Positions 17,777-27,281 of a DNA stretch of 64,000 nt are shown one piece after another (the stretch's first letter is position 1; each line of letters starts with the position of its first letter). Where the stretch lies: contig JBGAGQ010000009.1 in assembly GCA_044226625.1 (NCBI GenBank), positions 44,589 to 108,588 of the forward strand, given 5' to 3'. The notes beneath the pieces are model-generated. The model was not told where the DNA came from. It saw only the letters and a program-made list of their open reading frames with translations, and ran no database searches. The DNA is from Thermoanaerobaculia bacterium. Its GTDB lineage: Bacteria > Acidobacteriota > Thermoanaerobaculia > Multivoradales > UBA5704. Made by a program: the position numbers and the translations under genes.

Positions 17777-19000
17777 TCAGGTCGCTTTTCGCACCATCTG
17801 CACGACCGCCTCCATATGGCCGGTCTGGGGGAAGAGATCCACCAGCGCCAGGCTTTCGATCGTGAACGCTTGGGACAGCTGGCGCAGGTCGCGGGCGAGC
17901 GTCGCCGGGTGGCAGGAGACGTAGGTGAGTCGCGCCGGAGGGCGCTCGGTCAGGATCGCGCGGACGCGGTGCGAAAGGCCTCCGCGCGGTGGATCAACGA
18001 CGACCCTATCGGTCTCGTAGGGAAGCTTGCCGATCCAGGTTTCGAGCGCGCTCGGGAACGATTCGACGTTCGCGAGCCGGTTGCGCCGCGCGTTGTTCCG
18101 CGCGTAGCGGACCGCGATCCGGTCGGCTTCCACCGCGACGACGCGGTCGTAGCGTTTGGCGAGCGGCAGCGCGAAGAGCCCGACACCCGCGTAGAGATCG
18201 TAGGCGGATTTGCCGGTCCAAGGTCCGACCGCCGCTTCGACCAGCTTCGGCAGCAGACCTCGATGCCCTTGGAAAAAGCAGCGCGCGTCGTAGGCATAGG
18301 TGATCTCGCCCGCCGAGGTCGCAACCGTCGTGGTCACCTCGCCGTGCGGCAATCCCTCGATCACCGGTGCCACGGTCACCTCGCCGGCGTCGCCCGCGGC
18401 GAGGTCGATCCGACGCGGCGAATCTTCCCCGAGCAGCCGAGGTAGGACGGAGAGCAGCGCCTCCAGCTCCGGCACCAACAGGGCGCACTCCTGAACCGGG
18501 ATCAGCCGGTTGCTGCCGCGCGCTTGGTAGCCGACGAAGACGTCTCCCCGCTCGTTCCGCTCCGTGGTGAGCTCCGTGCGCAGCCGATAGTGCCAGGGCT
18601 CGCCGGTGATGACCTGAAGGTCGGCCGGGAGGGTGATCCCGCCCATCCGTACCAGCGTCTCGCAAACCGCCTGGGCGCGCGACCGCGATTGGAGGTCGTC
18701 GTCGAGATGCTGGAGATCGCAGAGGCCGGTCGCCGCGAGCGCCGGATACGGATCGGGGCGGCGCCCCGGGCCGGGCTCGAGGATCTCGACGATCTCGGCG
18801 CGCGCGTAGTCGGGCTTCCGCTCGGTCAATCGGACGCGGAGCCGATCGCCCGGCGCCGCGCGCGGAACGAAGATCGGGATGCCCTCCCAACGACCGATCC
18901 CTTCGCCGCCCGCGACGAGCTTGTCGATCGCGATCTCCAATTCGTCGATCTGGGCGAGCCGGATGCTCGCGGGAGGCGCCGCCTCGGGTCTTCGGCTCAT
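17777..19000 (-). CDS. TRAM-domain RNA (uracil-5)-methyltransferase, RlmD/TrmA family
   Basis: TRAM N-domain; FFQ; DLYAGVGLF; DPPRGG; YVSCHPATLARD; DLFPQTGHME. Confidence 0.9.
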   Translation of the reverse strand: MSRRPEAAPPASIRLAQIDELEIAIDKLVAGGEGIGRWEGIPIFVPRAAPGDRLRVRLTERKPDYARAEIVEILEPGPGRRPDPYPALAATGLCDLQHLDDDLQSRSRAQAVCETLVRMGGITLPADLQVITGEPWHYRLRTELTTERNERGDVFVGYQARGSNRLIPVQECALLVPELEALLSVLPRLLGEDSPRRIDLAAGDAGEVTVAPVIEGLPHGEVTTTVATSAGEITYAYDARCFFQGHRGLLPKLVEAAVGPWTGKSAYDLYAGVGLFALPLAKRYDRVVAVEADRIAVRYARNNARRNRLANVESFPSALETWIGKLPYETDRVVVDPPRGGLSHRVRAILTERPPARLTYVSCHPATLARDLRQLSQAFTIESLALVDLFPQTGHMEAVVQMVRKAT

Positions 19001-19842
19001 AAGGCCCTCAAGATCTGGACCCGCGAGGCGAGGCCGGGAAGGCGCTCCTCGACCGCGCGCTCGAGCTCGGCGAAGGTGTGCCGGTGGGACAAGTGCTGGA
19101 GCACGATCGCCTGGTTCGCAAACCGTTCGGAGCGCGCCGCAATCTCGTCGATGTGCATGTGCCGGTAGAGAACCGCGCGCTCGCGCAGCTCGGGAGAAAG
19201 AAAGGTGCACTCGAGGATCAAGACCGCGCTCGAGAACACCCGGGGCTCCAGCTCGAAGACGCCCGGGCCGGTGTCGGCGCAGTAGGAGACCCAGAGCTCC
19301 TCGACCGTCTCCTCGATGGAGACTCCAGCGGCCCGCAACGCGGCGAGCTCGCTGCCGTCTTTTCCCTGGTGCTCCGCCATCAAGTGATGCTTTTTCCGCA
19401 GGAGGTGAAAGCCGAGGCTCGGCACGCCATGGTCGACCGGAAACGCCTCGACCACGAGGTCGCGCGCCACTTCGACCCGGGAGCCGACGTCGAGGGGTAT
19501 GAGCTCCCAACGATAGGTGACCCTCTCCAACCGCTCGGCCGCCTCGACGAATGCGCGCAGGTCGCCCGCGATCTCGGCCGAACAGAAAACCCTCGTCGCC
19601 GCCGATTCGTGGAGCGTCCGCTGCGAGATGGCGAACGGCAGACCGAGCGCGTGGTCGAGATGGCCGTGGGAGACGAACAGGTCGCGCGAGCCGCCGAGCT
19701 GGAGCGCCCCCCTGCCGACGTCGAACGCAAGGCCGGGGGGGTGGAGCTTCAACCAGGTCGAATCGCCCGCGCGGGACGACCCTTCGATGCGGAGCGCACC
19801 CGGTCCCGATTCGATGCGAACTTCGACCCGGCCGCCGCTCAT
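18997..19842 (-). CDS. MBL-fold ribonuclease Z-like protein (short TM-type arm)
   Basis: SHGHLDH; KHHL...GSELAALRAAGV arm; ADT; ECTF; HMH; QHLSHRH. Confidence 0.75.
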   Translation of the reverse strand: MSGGRVEVRIESGPGALRIEGSSRAGDSTWLKLHPPGLAFDVGRGALQLGGSRDLFVSHGHLDHALGLPFAISQRTLHESAATRVFCSAEIAGDLRAFVEAAERLERVTYRWELIPLDVGSRVEVARDLVVEAFPVDHGVPSLGFHLLRKKHHLMAEHQGKDGSELAALRAAGVSIEETVEELWVSYCADTGPGVFELEPRVFSSAVLILECTFLSPELRERAVLYRHMHIDEIAARSERFANQAIVLQHLSHRHTFAELERAVEERLPGLASRVQILRAL

Positions 19843-19867
19843 GATCGGTGCGATTCGGCCTCCCCGC

Positions 19868-20932
19868 TCAGATCTCGCGGAACACGAACCGGCGGATCGG
19901 CGCAAGCCGCTCGGCCACGCTGTTCGGATCCGGATCGATCAGCCAAAGCGCCGCGGCGATCGAGGAGACGAGCGAGTTGCCGTCCTGCGGGGTGAAGCAG
20001 AAGCCGTAGATCTCGCGGTTCTTACGCACCGTGAGCGTCGGCGAGACGACCACGGTCTGCGACAGAATGCGGCCGTAATAGCCGTGATCGCGGCCGAAGC
20101 TGAAGATCAGGTTCGAGGAGCGCTTGTCGGTCATCGCGACGCGCGGGTTCTCCTTGAGCCGCCGCTTCACCTCGTCCAGGGCGATGTCGCGGTTGAGCTC
20201 CAAGTTGAACCAGATCGAGTGCATGTATTGGGTGTTGAGCTTGACCGCGCTCGAGAAGAGATTCAGGTCGAGGCCGAGCGTCTCGAACACGTGGTGCGCG
20301 TCGTGGGCATGGTGGGTGCCGAAGACGTCGTCATCGTGCTTGCCCACGGAGGGAGCCGGCACGAACCCTCCGTCCTGGGAGATGTCGTTCGCGCGCCGCA
20401 TGCAGACGAAGTTGCCGCGGGTGAGCGAATAGCCCGCGTCGCCTTCGTCGCACAGCGTCTTGATCAGGGTCGTGATGTTGTGGGTGTTGCAGGAGACGAC
20501 CTGCACGTAGCGATCTTCGCCGTGAACCAAGGTCTCGTCGTTGATCCCTCGAGCGTAGGGCTTGCCGAAGCCGAACTCGCTCCCCTGGGCGATGAAACCC
20601 TTGGGGCCGGAGAGGTGCTGGTAGATCTTTTCCTTGTTCTCGTTGCCGGCGGGGGTACAGTCGATCACCACGGTCGCCCGGTCGAGCGCGTCGGCCGTGT
20701 CAAAGCTCACCTTGTGGCCGAGATTCTCGAAGCTCTCGCGCACGTCCGGATCCGCCGCGAGCTTGGCCCCGCGCGCCATCAGGTGGTTGATCTTCGCGCG
20801 GTCCGCGGGCAGCGCCGTCCGCTTGTGAAAGGTCACTTCGTCGATTCCGAGCTTCTCGCGGAAATCGGTGAACAGGCCGATCAGAGGCTCCCCGATCGTG
20901 CCCGTGCCCACGAGGTGGACGATCTTGGCCAT
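19868..20932 (-). CDS. Divergent archaeal-type (class II) GAPDH-like NAD(P) oxidoreductase
   Basis: GTGTIG; VVIDCTP; AQGSE; VVSCNTH (catalytic Cys); RRAND; HHAHD. Confidence 0.75.
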   Translation of the reverse strand: MAKIVHLVGTGTIGEPLIGLFTDFREKLGIDEVTFHKRTALPADRAKINHLMARGAKLAADPDVRESFENLGHKVSFDTADALDRATVVIDCTPAGNENKEKIYQHLSGPKGFIAQGSEFGFGKPYARGINDETLVHGEDRYVQVVSCNTHNITTLIKTLCDEGDAGYSLTRGNFVCMRRANDISQDGGFVPAPSVGKHDDDVFGTHHAHDAHHVFETLGLDLNLFSSAVKLNTQYMHSIWFNLELNRDIALDEVKRRLKENPRVAMTDKRSSNLIFSFGRDHGYYGRILSQTVVVSPTLTVRKNREIYGFCFTPQDGNSLVSSIAAALWLIDPDPNSVAERLAPIRRFVFREI

Positions 20933-21092
20933 GGCTACCTTCTCCTGGGTAGGAAATTGCGACAGACGTACGTGGCGATGATTAGGAAGGCGGGGCGGAC
21001 CCGCTTGGCGCGAAGGGTAGCACACCGCCCCGCCGGGACCCGAGAGCAACGAGGCAGGCCGCCGCTCGCCGCGAGTCCCCCGGAGATTCGAA

Positions 21093-21350
21093 TCACTCCG
21101 TCGGCGAGCCCTCGCCCCATGCGCCATGTTTGCCTCCGCCGCGCCAATTTGGGTCCCGCCGGGCGAAAGCGTCCAGGTCCCGCGGAATCTCGAGGTAGGT
21201 ACGGGTGACTTTCGGATCGCAAACGTCGTTCTCACACTCGTAGGTATAGACGTTCCACTCGTCACGGCGGGAAAACGCCGCTAAGGTCTGATACGTATTG
21301 CAGTTGCCGCATTTGATCGAGAACTGCCGAAGGTCGACGGATTCGCTCAT
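21093..21350 (-). CDS. Small zinc-ribbon-like protein
   Basis: 85 aa with CGNC...YECENDVC; RBS GGGAG. Confidence 0.7.
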   Translation of the reverse strand: MSESVDLRQFSIKCGNCNTYQTLAAFSRRDEWNVYTYECENDVCDPKVTRTYLEIPRDLDAFARRDPNWRGGGKHGAWGEGSPTE

Positions 21351-22401
21351 GAGGGTTCTCCCGGCTCGGCAAAGACTCTATCTTCCCGCGCTCGTTGACC
21401 GGCAACCCATAGACGATGGCGCATCCTTTGCTATCGTCCGCTTCCCGTATGGCGAACTTCCTCTCCCCCCGCGGCGTTTTTCCCCGGCTGTCCAGGGCCA
21501 GACTCCTCCGGCGAGCCCCCCTGGCTCCGCGGACCCAACGGCAGAATTTGCCGACACCTTTTCGGTCGGCTATGTGCTGGTTCCGGTCGTCGTGCGCGAT
21601 GGGGCTCGCTACGTCCAGGGTCTCGACCGCAAGGACTTCAAACTCAAGGTGGACGGCCGGCCGGCAGCGTTCGAGAGCTTCGAGAGCCGAGCCGATGCTC
21701 CGGCGAGCCTGGTGTTCCTCCAGGATCTCTCCGGCAGCATGGAAGCGGGCCAGCGAATGGTCTGGAGCCGGGCGGCCACGCGCTATTTTCTCGATCAGGC
21801 CGCCTCGGGCGACGAGTTTGCGATCGGCACTTTTTCCGATGGCGAGCAGCGCATCGACGTTCCGTTCACCGACAATCTGGGCGCCGTCCGCGAGGCGATC
21901 GAAACCTGGAAGCCCTGGGGGAAGACCGCTCTGCACGATGCGGTCGCCCACATGCCCGAGATTTCCGGCGCCGGCCACAACCCGAAACGCTTCGCCCTGC
22001 TGATCACCGACGGCGTCGACAATGCGAGCACGATCCCTCCCGATCAGGCCCGGGAGCTGGTGCGCGCCGCCCAGGTGCCCGTCTATGTCCTAGGTCTGGA
22101 TTCGGGCAACCCGTACGCCCTGAACGAGCAGGGTCGGAAGGTCTACCGATACGCCGATGTCCTCTCCCTGCTCGCCGCGACCTCGGGCGGGCGCTATTTC
22201 CCGATCTCTTCGACCGAAGAGCTGAACCTCGCCCTCGCCGCGATCCGCGACGATTTGCGGCATCAGTACGTCTTAGGCTTCGCGACCGGCGACGGTACCG
22301 ACCGTTTCCGCCGTCTGGAGATTCAGGTGGCGGGAAAACGGGCGGTGGTGTTCCGGCGCGGATATACCGGACCTCCTCCCGCGACGTCCCGGGGGAGATG
22401 A
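21349..22401 (+). CDS. VWA domain protein, acidobacterial type (start uncertain)
   Basis: VLVPVVVRD; MIDAS DLSGSM; TALHDA; ITDGVDN; SGGRYF; DLRHQYVLGF. Confidence 0.85.
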   Translation: MRVLPARQRLYLPALVDRQPIDDGASFAIVRFPYGELPLPPRRFSPAVQGQTPPASPPGSADPTAEFADTFSVGYVLVPVVVRDGARYVQGLDRKDFKLKVDGRPAAFESFESRADAPASLVFLQDLSGSMEAGQRMVWSRAATRYFLDQAASGDEFAIGTFSDGEQRIDVPFTDNLGAVREAIETWKPWGKTALHDAVAHMPEISGAGHNPKRFALLITDGVDNASTIPPDQARELVRAAQVPVYVLGLDSGNPYALNEQGRKVYRYADVLSLLAATSGGRYFPISSTEELNLALAAIRDDLRHQYVLGFATGDGTDRFRRLEIQVAGKRAVVFRRGYTGPPPATSRGR

Positions 22402-22474
22402 ACCGGGGTCGGCCGGAGAGCTCCGCCACGGCGCCCCCCGGACCGCGATCCCGTATCCTTAGGAGGATCACCTC

Positions 22475-23107
22475 ATGTTGAAGTCCGTCAAGGTTTCCGC
22501 CCTCGCCGTCGTGCTCGCGGGAGGGCTGCTCGCCTCCGGTTGCGCCACCAAGAAATACGTCCGCCAAGAAGACGCCAAGGTCAACGACCGGGTGAGCGGC
22601 GTCCAGGGCCAGGTGGAGGACGTCCAGAGCCAGAACAAGCGACAGGACGAGGAGCTCCAGACGCACGGCCAGCAGATCGGTGAAGCGTCGCGCACCGCGC
22701 AGGAAGCCCTCGCTCGCGCCCAGGAGGCGGGTAAGCTCGCCGAGGGCAAGCTCCTCTACGAAACCGTCCTGACCGACGACCGCGTGCATTTCGGCTTCAA
22801 CAAGCACGAGCTGTCGGCCGAAGCCAAGGCGGCCCTGGACGAGTTCGCCGAGAAGCTGAAGGCCGAGGGCAAGGGCGTCTACATCGAGATCCAGGGCCAT
22901 ACGGACGCGGTCGGATCGAGCGACTACAACGAGGAGCTCGGCCAAACCCGGGCGATGGCCGTGCGCAACTACCTCTCCCGGCAGCACCAGCTGCCGCTCC
23001 ACCGGATGAACGTCATCTCCTACGGCGAGCTCGCCCCGATCGCCGACAACAAGACGCCCGACGGCCGTTCCCAGAACCGCCGCGTGGCGCTCGTCGTCCT
23101 GCGGTAA
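22475..23107 (+). CDS. OmpA-family lipoprotein
   Basis: Lipobox ASGC; coiled coil; GHTDAVG; LGQTRA; NRRV. Confidence 0.92.
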   Translation: MLKSVKVSALAVVLAGGLLASGCATKKYVRQEDAKVNDRVSGVQGQVEDVQSQNKRQDEELQTHGQQIGEASRTAQEALARAQEAGKLAEGKLLYETVLTDDRVHFGFNKHELSAEAKAALDEFAEKLKAEGKGVYIEIQGHTDAVGSSDYNEELGQTRAMAVRNYLSRQHQLPLHRMNVISYGELAPIADNKTPDGRSQNRRVALVVLR

Positions 23108-23163
23108 CGCCTCTCAAGAAGCGGGCTTCCTGGCCGCTTCATCCAATCCAAGGAAACGATTCG

Positions 23164-23190
23164 GCGGCCCTTCGGGGCCGCTCTGTTTTT
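23164..23190 (+). terminator. Intrinsic terminator
   Basis: GCGGCCC-TTCG-GGGCCGC-TCTGTTTTT. Confidence 0.75.
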
Positions 23191-23244
23191 AGGCCGGTCT
23201 GTTTTTGGGCGGGCTCAAGCGCCCGGTGATAACGTCGTCGGACC

Positions 23245-24162
23245 GTGAGCAATCTGATCCTGCTCGGCGTCTGTCTGCTCGCCGGGATCCTCCTCCGCGC
23301 GAGCGGTAAGGTCGGGCCGGAGGGCTCGAAGCCCCTCAACCTCGCCGTCCTCTACGTCGCGCTCCCCGCGATGGTCTTGGAGCACGTCCACTCCCTCCGG
23401 TTCGAACGCAGCCTACTCTTCCCCGCGCTCATGCCCTGGCTGGTTTTCTCGGTCGGTGCGGGCTTGATCCTGCTGCTCCACCGGTTCGGAGTCCTCGATC
23501 GGCAAGCAGCGGGCGCTCTCTGTCTGACCGCGGCGCTCGGCAATACCTCGTTCGTCGGCCTTCCGATGATCGAGGCGTATTACGGCCGGGGTCTGCTTGG
23601 CGTGGGCGTGATGGCGGACCAGCTCGGGACGTTCCTCTGCCTGAACCTCCCTGGAATCCTCCTCGCGGCGCGCCTCGCGGCCCGGGACGGCGACAGGGTC
23701 TCCCTCGCGGAGATCGGCCGCAAGGTCTTGCTCTTTCCCCCGTTTCTGGTCCTGCTCCTCGCCGTCGCCCTCCGCCCGTTCGAATACCCGGATTGGGCCC
23801 ATTCGCTACTCGCCCGTTTGGGCGACACGCTCACCCCGCTCGCCCTGCTCTCGGTGGGGATCCAGCTCCAGTTCAGCGGTATCAAGAGCCGAACGCGAGA
23901 GCTTTCGATCGGGCTCGCCTACAAACTGCTCGCGGCGCCGCTCCTCGCCCTAGCCGTCTTCGGCTTGTTGCTGGGCGCGCGCGGCCCCGTCTTCCAAGTT
24001 ACCGTCTTCGAAGCCGCGATGGCCCCGATGATCACCGGTTCGATCGTGGCTCAGGAATACGACCTCGCCGGAGACCTCGCGGCGCTGATGGTTGGGGTCG
24101 GAATCCCGGTTTCGTTTCTGACGCTATGGGGATGGTTCCAGGTGTTGGCGCGGTTTGGATGA
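23245..24162 (+). CDS. AEC-family (auxin efflux carrier) transporter
   Basis: YVALPA, GNTSFVGLP, TPLALLSVG, EAAMAP; about 10 TMs. Confidence 0.9.
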   Translation: MSNLILLGVCLLAGILLRASGKVGPEGSKPLNLAVLYVALPAMVLEHVHSLRFERSLLFPALMPWLVFSVGAGLILLLHRFGVLDRQAAGALCLTAALGNTSFVGLPMIEAYYGRGLLGVGVMADQLGTFLCLNLPGILLAARLAARDGDRVSLAEIGRKVLLFPPFLVLLLAVALRPFEYPDWAHSLLARLGDTLTPLALLSVGIQLQFSGIKSRTRELSIGLAYKLLAAPLLALAVFGLLLGARGPVFQVTVFEAAMAPMITGSIVAQEYDLAGDLAALMVGVGIPVSFLTLWGWFQVLARFG

Positions 24163-24213
24163 GATTCGGCGCCACGCTCGAGCATTGGCTTGTGGATCAC
24201 ATCCCGCCACAGC

Positions 24214-24243
24214 AAAACGCCGGCGCGAGCGCCGGCGCTTTTT
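24214..24243. terminator. Bidirectional terminator
   Basis: AAAA-CGCCGGCGC-ga-GCGCCGGCG-cTTTTT between convergent genes. Confidence 0.8.
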
Positions 24244-24262
24244 GGAATCTCTCGGGGATCTG

Positions 24263-25747
24263 CTACTTGCCGACGAAGATCGTCTTGTTCTCGGTGTAGT
24301 AGCCGATCGCGTCCTTGCCCAGCTCGCGGCCGAAGCCGCTCTGTTTGAATCCGCCGAACGGCGCGGCCGGGTCGTACCAGTTGTACTGGTTGATCCAGAC
24401 CGTTCCGGATTGGATCTCGTGCGCGACGCGGTGGGCGCGGCCGACGTCTCGCGTCCAGACCCCGGCGGCGAGGCCGTAGATCGAGTCGTTCGCCATGGCG
24501 ATCGCCTCTTTCTCGTCCTCGAACGGAATCACCACGAGAACCGGGCCGAAGATCTCTTCCTGGGCGACGCGCATCGAGTTCGAAACGCCGTCGAGCACGG
24601 TCGGTTGCATGAAGGCACCCTTGCCGTTCACGCTCGTGGCCTCTCCTCCCGTCGCCAGGCGCGCGCCTTCTTCGAGGCCGATCTTTACGTAGCCAAGGAC
24701 GCTTTCGCGCTGGGACATCGAGACCAGTGCGCCGAGCCGAGTCTTCGGATCGAGCGGATCGGCGGGGGCGAGCTTCTTCGTTCGCTCGACCAGCCGCTCG
24801 ACCAACTCGCCATGGACCGATCGCTCGACGAACAGACGCGATCCGGCGGCGCAGACCTCTCCCTTTCCATAGAAGATGCCGGTATATGCACCTTTGACCG
24901 CTGCGTCCAGATCGGCATCCGCAAAGACGATGTTCGGCGACTTGCCGCCCAACTCGAGCGTCAACCGCTTGGTCAACGCCGCCGCGCTGCGCATCAGGTC
25001 ACGGCCGACCTCGGTCGATCCGGTGAAAGTGATCTTCGCCACGTCCGGATGGGCGACCAGAGCGTTGCCCACCGTAGCGCCGCCGCCGGGGACCACGTTC
25101 AGCACCCCCGGAGGAAGCCCGACCTCGACCGCGAGCTCGGCGAATTTGAGCGCGGTGATCGGGGTGTTCGAGGCCGGCTTCAAGACCACGGTATTGCCGA
25201 ACGCGAGCGCCGGGGCCATCTTCCACATCGCTTGGATGATCGGGAAGTTCCAGGGAGTGATCGCGGCGATCACCCCGACCGGCTCGCGCAGGGTGTAGCC
25301 GAAGGAGAACGGCCCCTGCACCTGGATCGTGTCGCCCGAGACCTTGTCGGCCCAACCGGCGAAGTAGCGCAGCGCCTCGATCGCGGTGGGAAGGTCGACG
25401 TAGCGCGATTCGAAAATCGGCTTGCCGTTGTCGAGCGTCTCGAGCAGGGCGAACTCGTCGATCCGGCGTTCGAGCTCGTCGGCGATCTTCCAAAGCAGCA
25501 GACCGCGCTGACGGGCGCCGGTCTTCTTGGCCCACACCGGCAGGGCGGCTTTCGCCGCCGCGACCGCCCGGTTGACGTCCTCGGCGCTCGCCGAGGCGAC
25601 GGCGCAGATCGTCTCCTCGGTCGCCGGATTCACGGTCGAAAAGGTCTTGCCGCCCTCCGCCTCGACCCACTCCCCTCCCACGAACAGTCGAGAGGGAGGC
25701 AGCTTCGGCTCGGCGGAGAGCGTCTGGGCGACGTCGGCCATGGTCAC
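24263..25747 (-). CDS. Aldehyde dehydrogenase
   Basis: PWNFP, FTGST, LELGGKSP, GEVCAAGSR, EEIFGPV. Confidence 0.95.
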   Translation of the reverse strand: MTMADVAQTLSAEPKLPPSRLFVGGEWVEAEGGKTFSTVNPATEETICAVASASAEDVNRAVAAAKAALPVWAKKTGARQRGLLLWKIADELERRIDEFALLETLDNGKPIFESRYVDLPTAIEALRYFAGWADKVSGDTIQVQGPFSFGYTLREPVGVIAAITPWNFPIIQAMWKMAPALAFGNTVVLKPASNTPITALKFAELAVEVGLPPGVLNVVPGGGATVGNALVAHPDVAKITFTGSTEVGRDLMRSAAALTKRLTLELGGKSPNIVFADADLDAAVKGAYTGIFYGKGEVCAAGSRLFVERSVHGELVERLVERTKKLAPADPLDPKTRLGALVSMSQRESVLGYVKIGLEEGARLATGGEATSVNGKGAFMQPTVLDGVSNSMRVAQEEIFGPVLVVIPFEDEKEAIAMANDSIYGLAAGVWTRDVGRAHRVAHEIQSGTVWINQYNWYDPAAPFGGFKQSGFGRELGKDAIGYYTENKTIFVGK

Positions 25748-26547
25748 TTCCCCTGGAATTGCGGCGTCCGCTTCTCGATGTAGGCCGCCAGCCCTTCCTT
25801 GGCGTCCTCACCCTGGAAGAGGAGCTGCTGAAGCTCGCGCTCGATCGCGAGCGCGCTCTCGAACGGGATCTCGGCTCCCGACTGGACCGAACGCTTGATC
25901 CGGCCGACTACCTTGGACGACTTGTTCGGCGGGCAGAACTGCCGGGCGTAGGCGTGGACCTGCTCCATGAAGTCGTCGCCATCGAAGATCCGGTCGATGA
26001 TGCCCAGCCCCTGCGCCTCCTCGAACGAGATCAGGTTGCCGATCGTCATCATCTCGATCGCCTTGCTCTTACCGACGATCCGCGCGAAGCGCTGCGTGCC
26101 GCCGGTGCCCGGCAGGACGCCCAGGTTCACCTCGGGAAGCCCGACCTTCGCCTTCTCGTCCCGCTTGGCGATACGGATGTCGGCCGCCATCGCGATCTCC
26201 AGACCGCCGCCGACGGTATGGCCGTCGAGCGCCGCGATCACCAGCTTCGGCGTCTGCTCGAGGCGGCTGAGCGTCTCGTTCGCGTGCAGGCAGAAGTAGT
26301 ACTTGAACGTCGGGTCGGACGCCTTCAGCATGTTGATGTTGGCGCCCGCGCAGAAGAACTTCGGCCCCTCGCCCGCGAGGACGATCACGTGGACCGCCGG
26401 GTCGAACCGCGCGGCGAGGATGCCCGCGTCGAGGTCCTTCATCATCTCGTGGGTGTAGCCGTTGAACGGCGGATCGTCCAACGTCAAGTAGGCCACCCCT
26501 TCGCGGACTTCGTAACGAACCAGCTTGCGCTCTGCGCTATCGGACAT
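25744..26547 (-). CDS. Enoyl-CoA hydratase/isomerase
   Basis: FCAGANI, GGGLEIA, PEVNLGVLPGTGGTQR. Confidence 0.95.
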   Translation of the reverse strand: MSDSAERKLVRYEVREGVAYLTLDDPPFNGYTHEMMKDLDAGILAARFDPAVHVIVLAGEGPKFFCAGANINMLKASDPTFKYYFCLHANETLSRLEQTPKLVIAALDGHTVGGGLEIAMAADIRIAKRDEKAKVGLPEVNLGVLPGTGGTQRFARIVGKSKAIEMMTIGNLISFEEAQGLGIIDRIFDGDDFMEQVHAYARQFCPPNKSSKVVGRIKRSVQSGAEIPFESALAIERELQQLLFQGEDAKEGLAAYIEKRTPQFQGK

Positions 26548-26785
26548 TGGTGGAGCCTCCCGGATTGGGTTCGGTCAGGAAAGGTCTGAAAAAGGTGAGA
26601 AGGTTCGAGGGCGGAAGCCCGCCCTCGCGGAAAAACAGCTCGCGCCTATTCTGGCATGGCGGGCGCGCGGCCGGGAAGCCTGCCTCCCAGGGTCTCCGCG
26701 ACGGGACCAACGGCGAAAGGGAGCCGACAGGCCGCCCCCCTTCGGGCCGGGAGGACCGGCCGGTCTCGGCTAGAATCGAGCGGTC

Positions 26786-27142
26786 GTGCGCAAGCCGCTC
26801 GCTCTCCTCTGCCTCGCCGCGGTGCTGCTCGCGGCGTTCGCCGCTCCGGTTGCGGTCTCGGCGCTCCTGGCCCTGCCGCCCTGGGAGCGACCGGTCGGGG
26901 TCCTCCCTCCGAGCCCGAGCGTCTGGTTCGAAGCCGCCTTCACGGTCGTCTTTCGGGAGCCCGAGCGCTTCGCACGCCTCGCCTTCCGCGGTCCCCCTTC
27001 CCTCTCTCCGTGTTCCACCGCCTCATCGGAAACCGGAAAGAGGAGGTACCGTGGCGAAGAAGAAGAGAAACCTTCTGGCCAAGATATTGCTCTACGCAAT
27101 GATCGAGGCCGGAGCGTTGATGGGCGCTCCGATCCGACCTGA
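26786..27142 (+). CDS. Putative leader peptide: hydrophobic N-terminus plus RGPP arrest-like motif
   Basis: TAGAAT -10 box just upstream; signal/TM-like N-terminus; RGPP encoded at 26987-26998. Confidence 0.5.
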   Translation: MRKPLALLCLAAVLLAAFAAPVAVSALLALPPWERPVGVLPPSPSVWFEAAFTVVFREPERFARLAFRGPPSLSPCSTASSETGKRRYRGEEEEKPSGQDIALRNDRGRSVDGRSDPT

Positions 27143-27236
27143 CGACATCGAAAACCTCACCCGCCTGATGAACGGCACGCAGGTCGTCCAAGTGGCGCGG
27201 AAAGAGAACGACGGCGACGGCGATCCGCCGGAGTGA
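27051..27236 (+). CDS. Small hypothetical protein (61 aa)
   Basis: Strong SD AGGAGG before GTG; MAKKKRNLLAKILLYAMIEAGALMGAPIRPDDIENLTRLMN...DGDGDPPE. Confidence 0.7.
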   Translation: MAKKKRNLLAKILLYAMIEAGALMGAPIRPDDIENLTRLMNGTQVVQVARKENDGDGDPPE

Positions 27237-27281
27237 AGCGAAGGCGAGGAGGGTTCTCGTCCGCGAGAGAACCCGCCTCGA

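Noticed and set aside
21298-21530. Back-to-back starts of the zinc-ribbon and VWA genes (CTCATGAG) as a regulatory design
   Set aside because: The VWA start cannot be fixed and no clear signal peptide is visible; a downstream start or a sequencing indel is equally likely.
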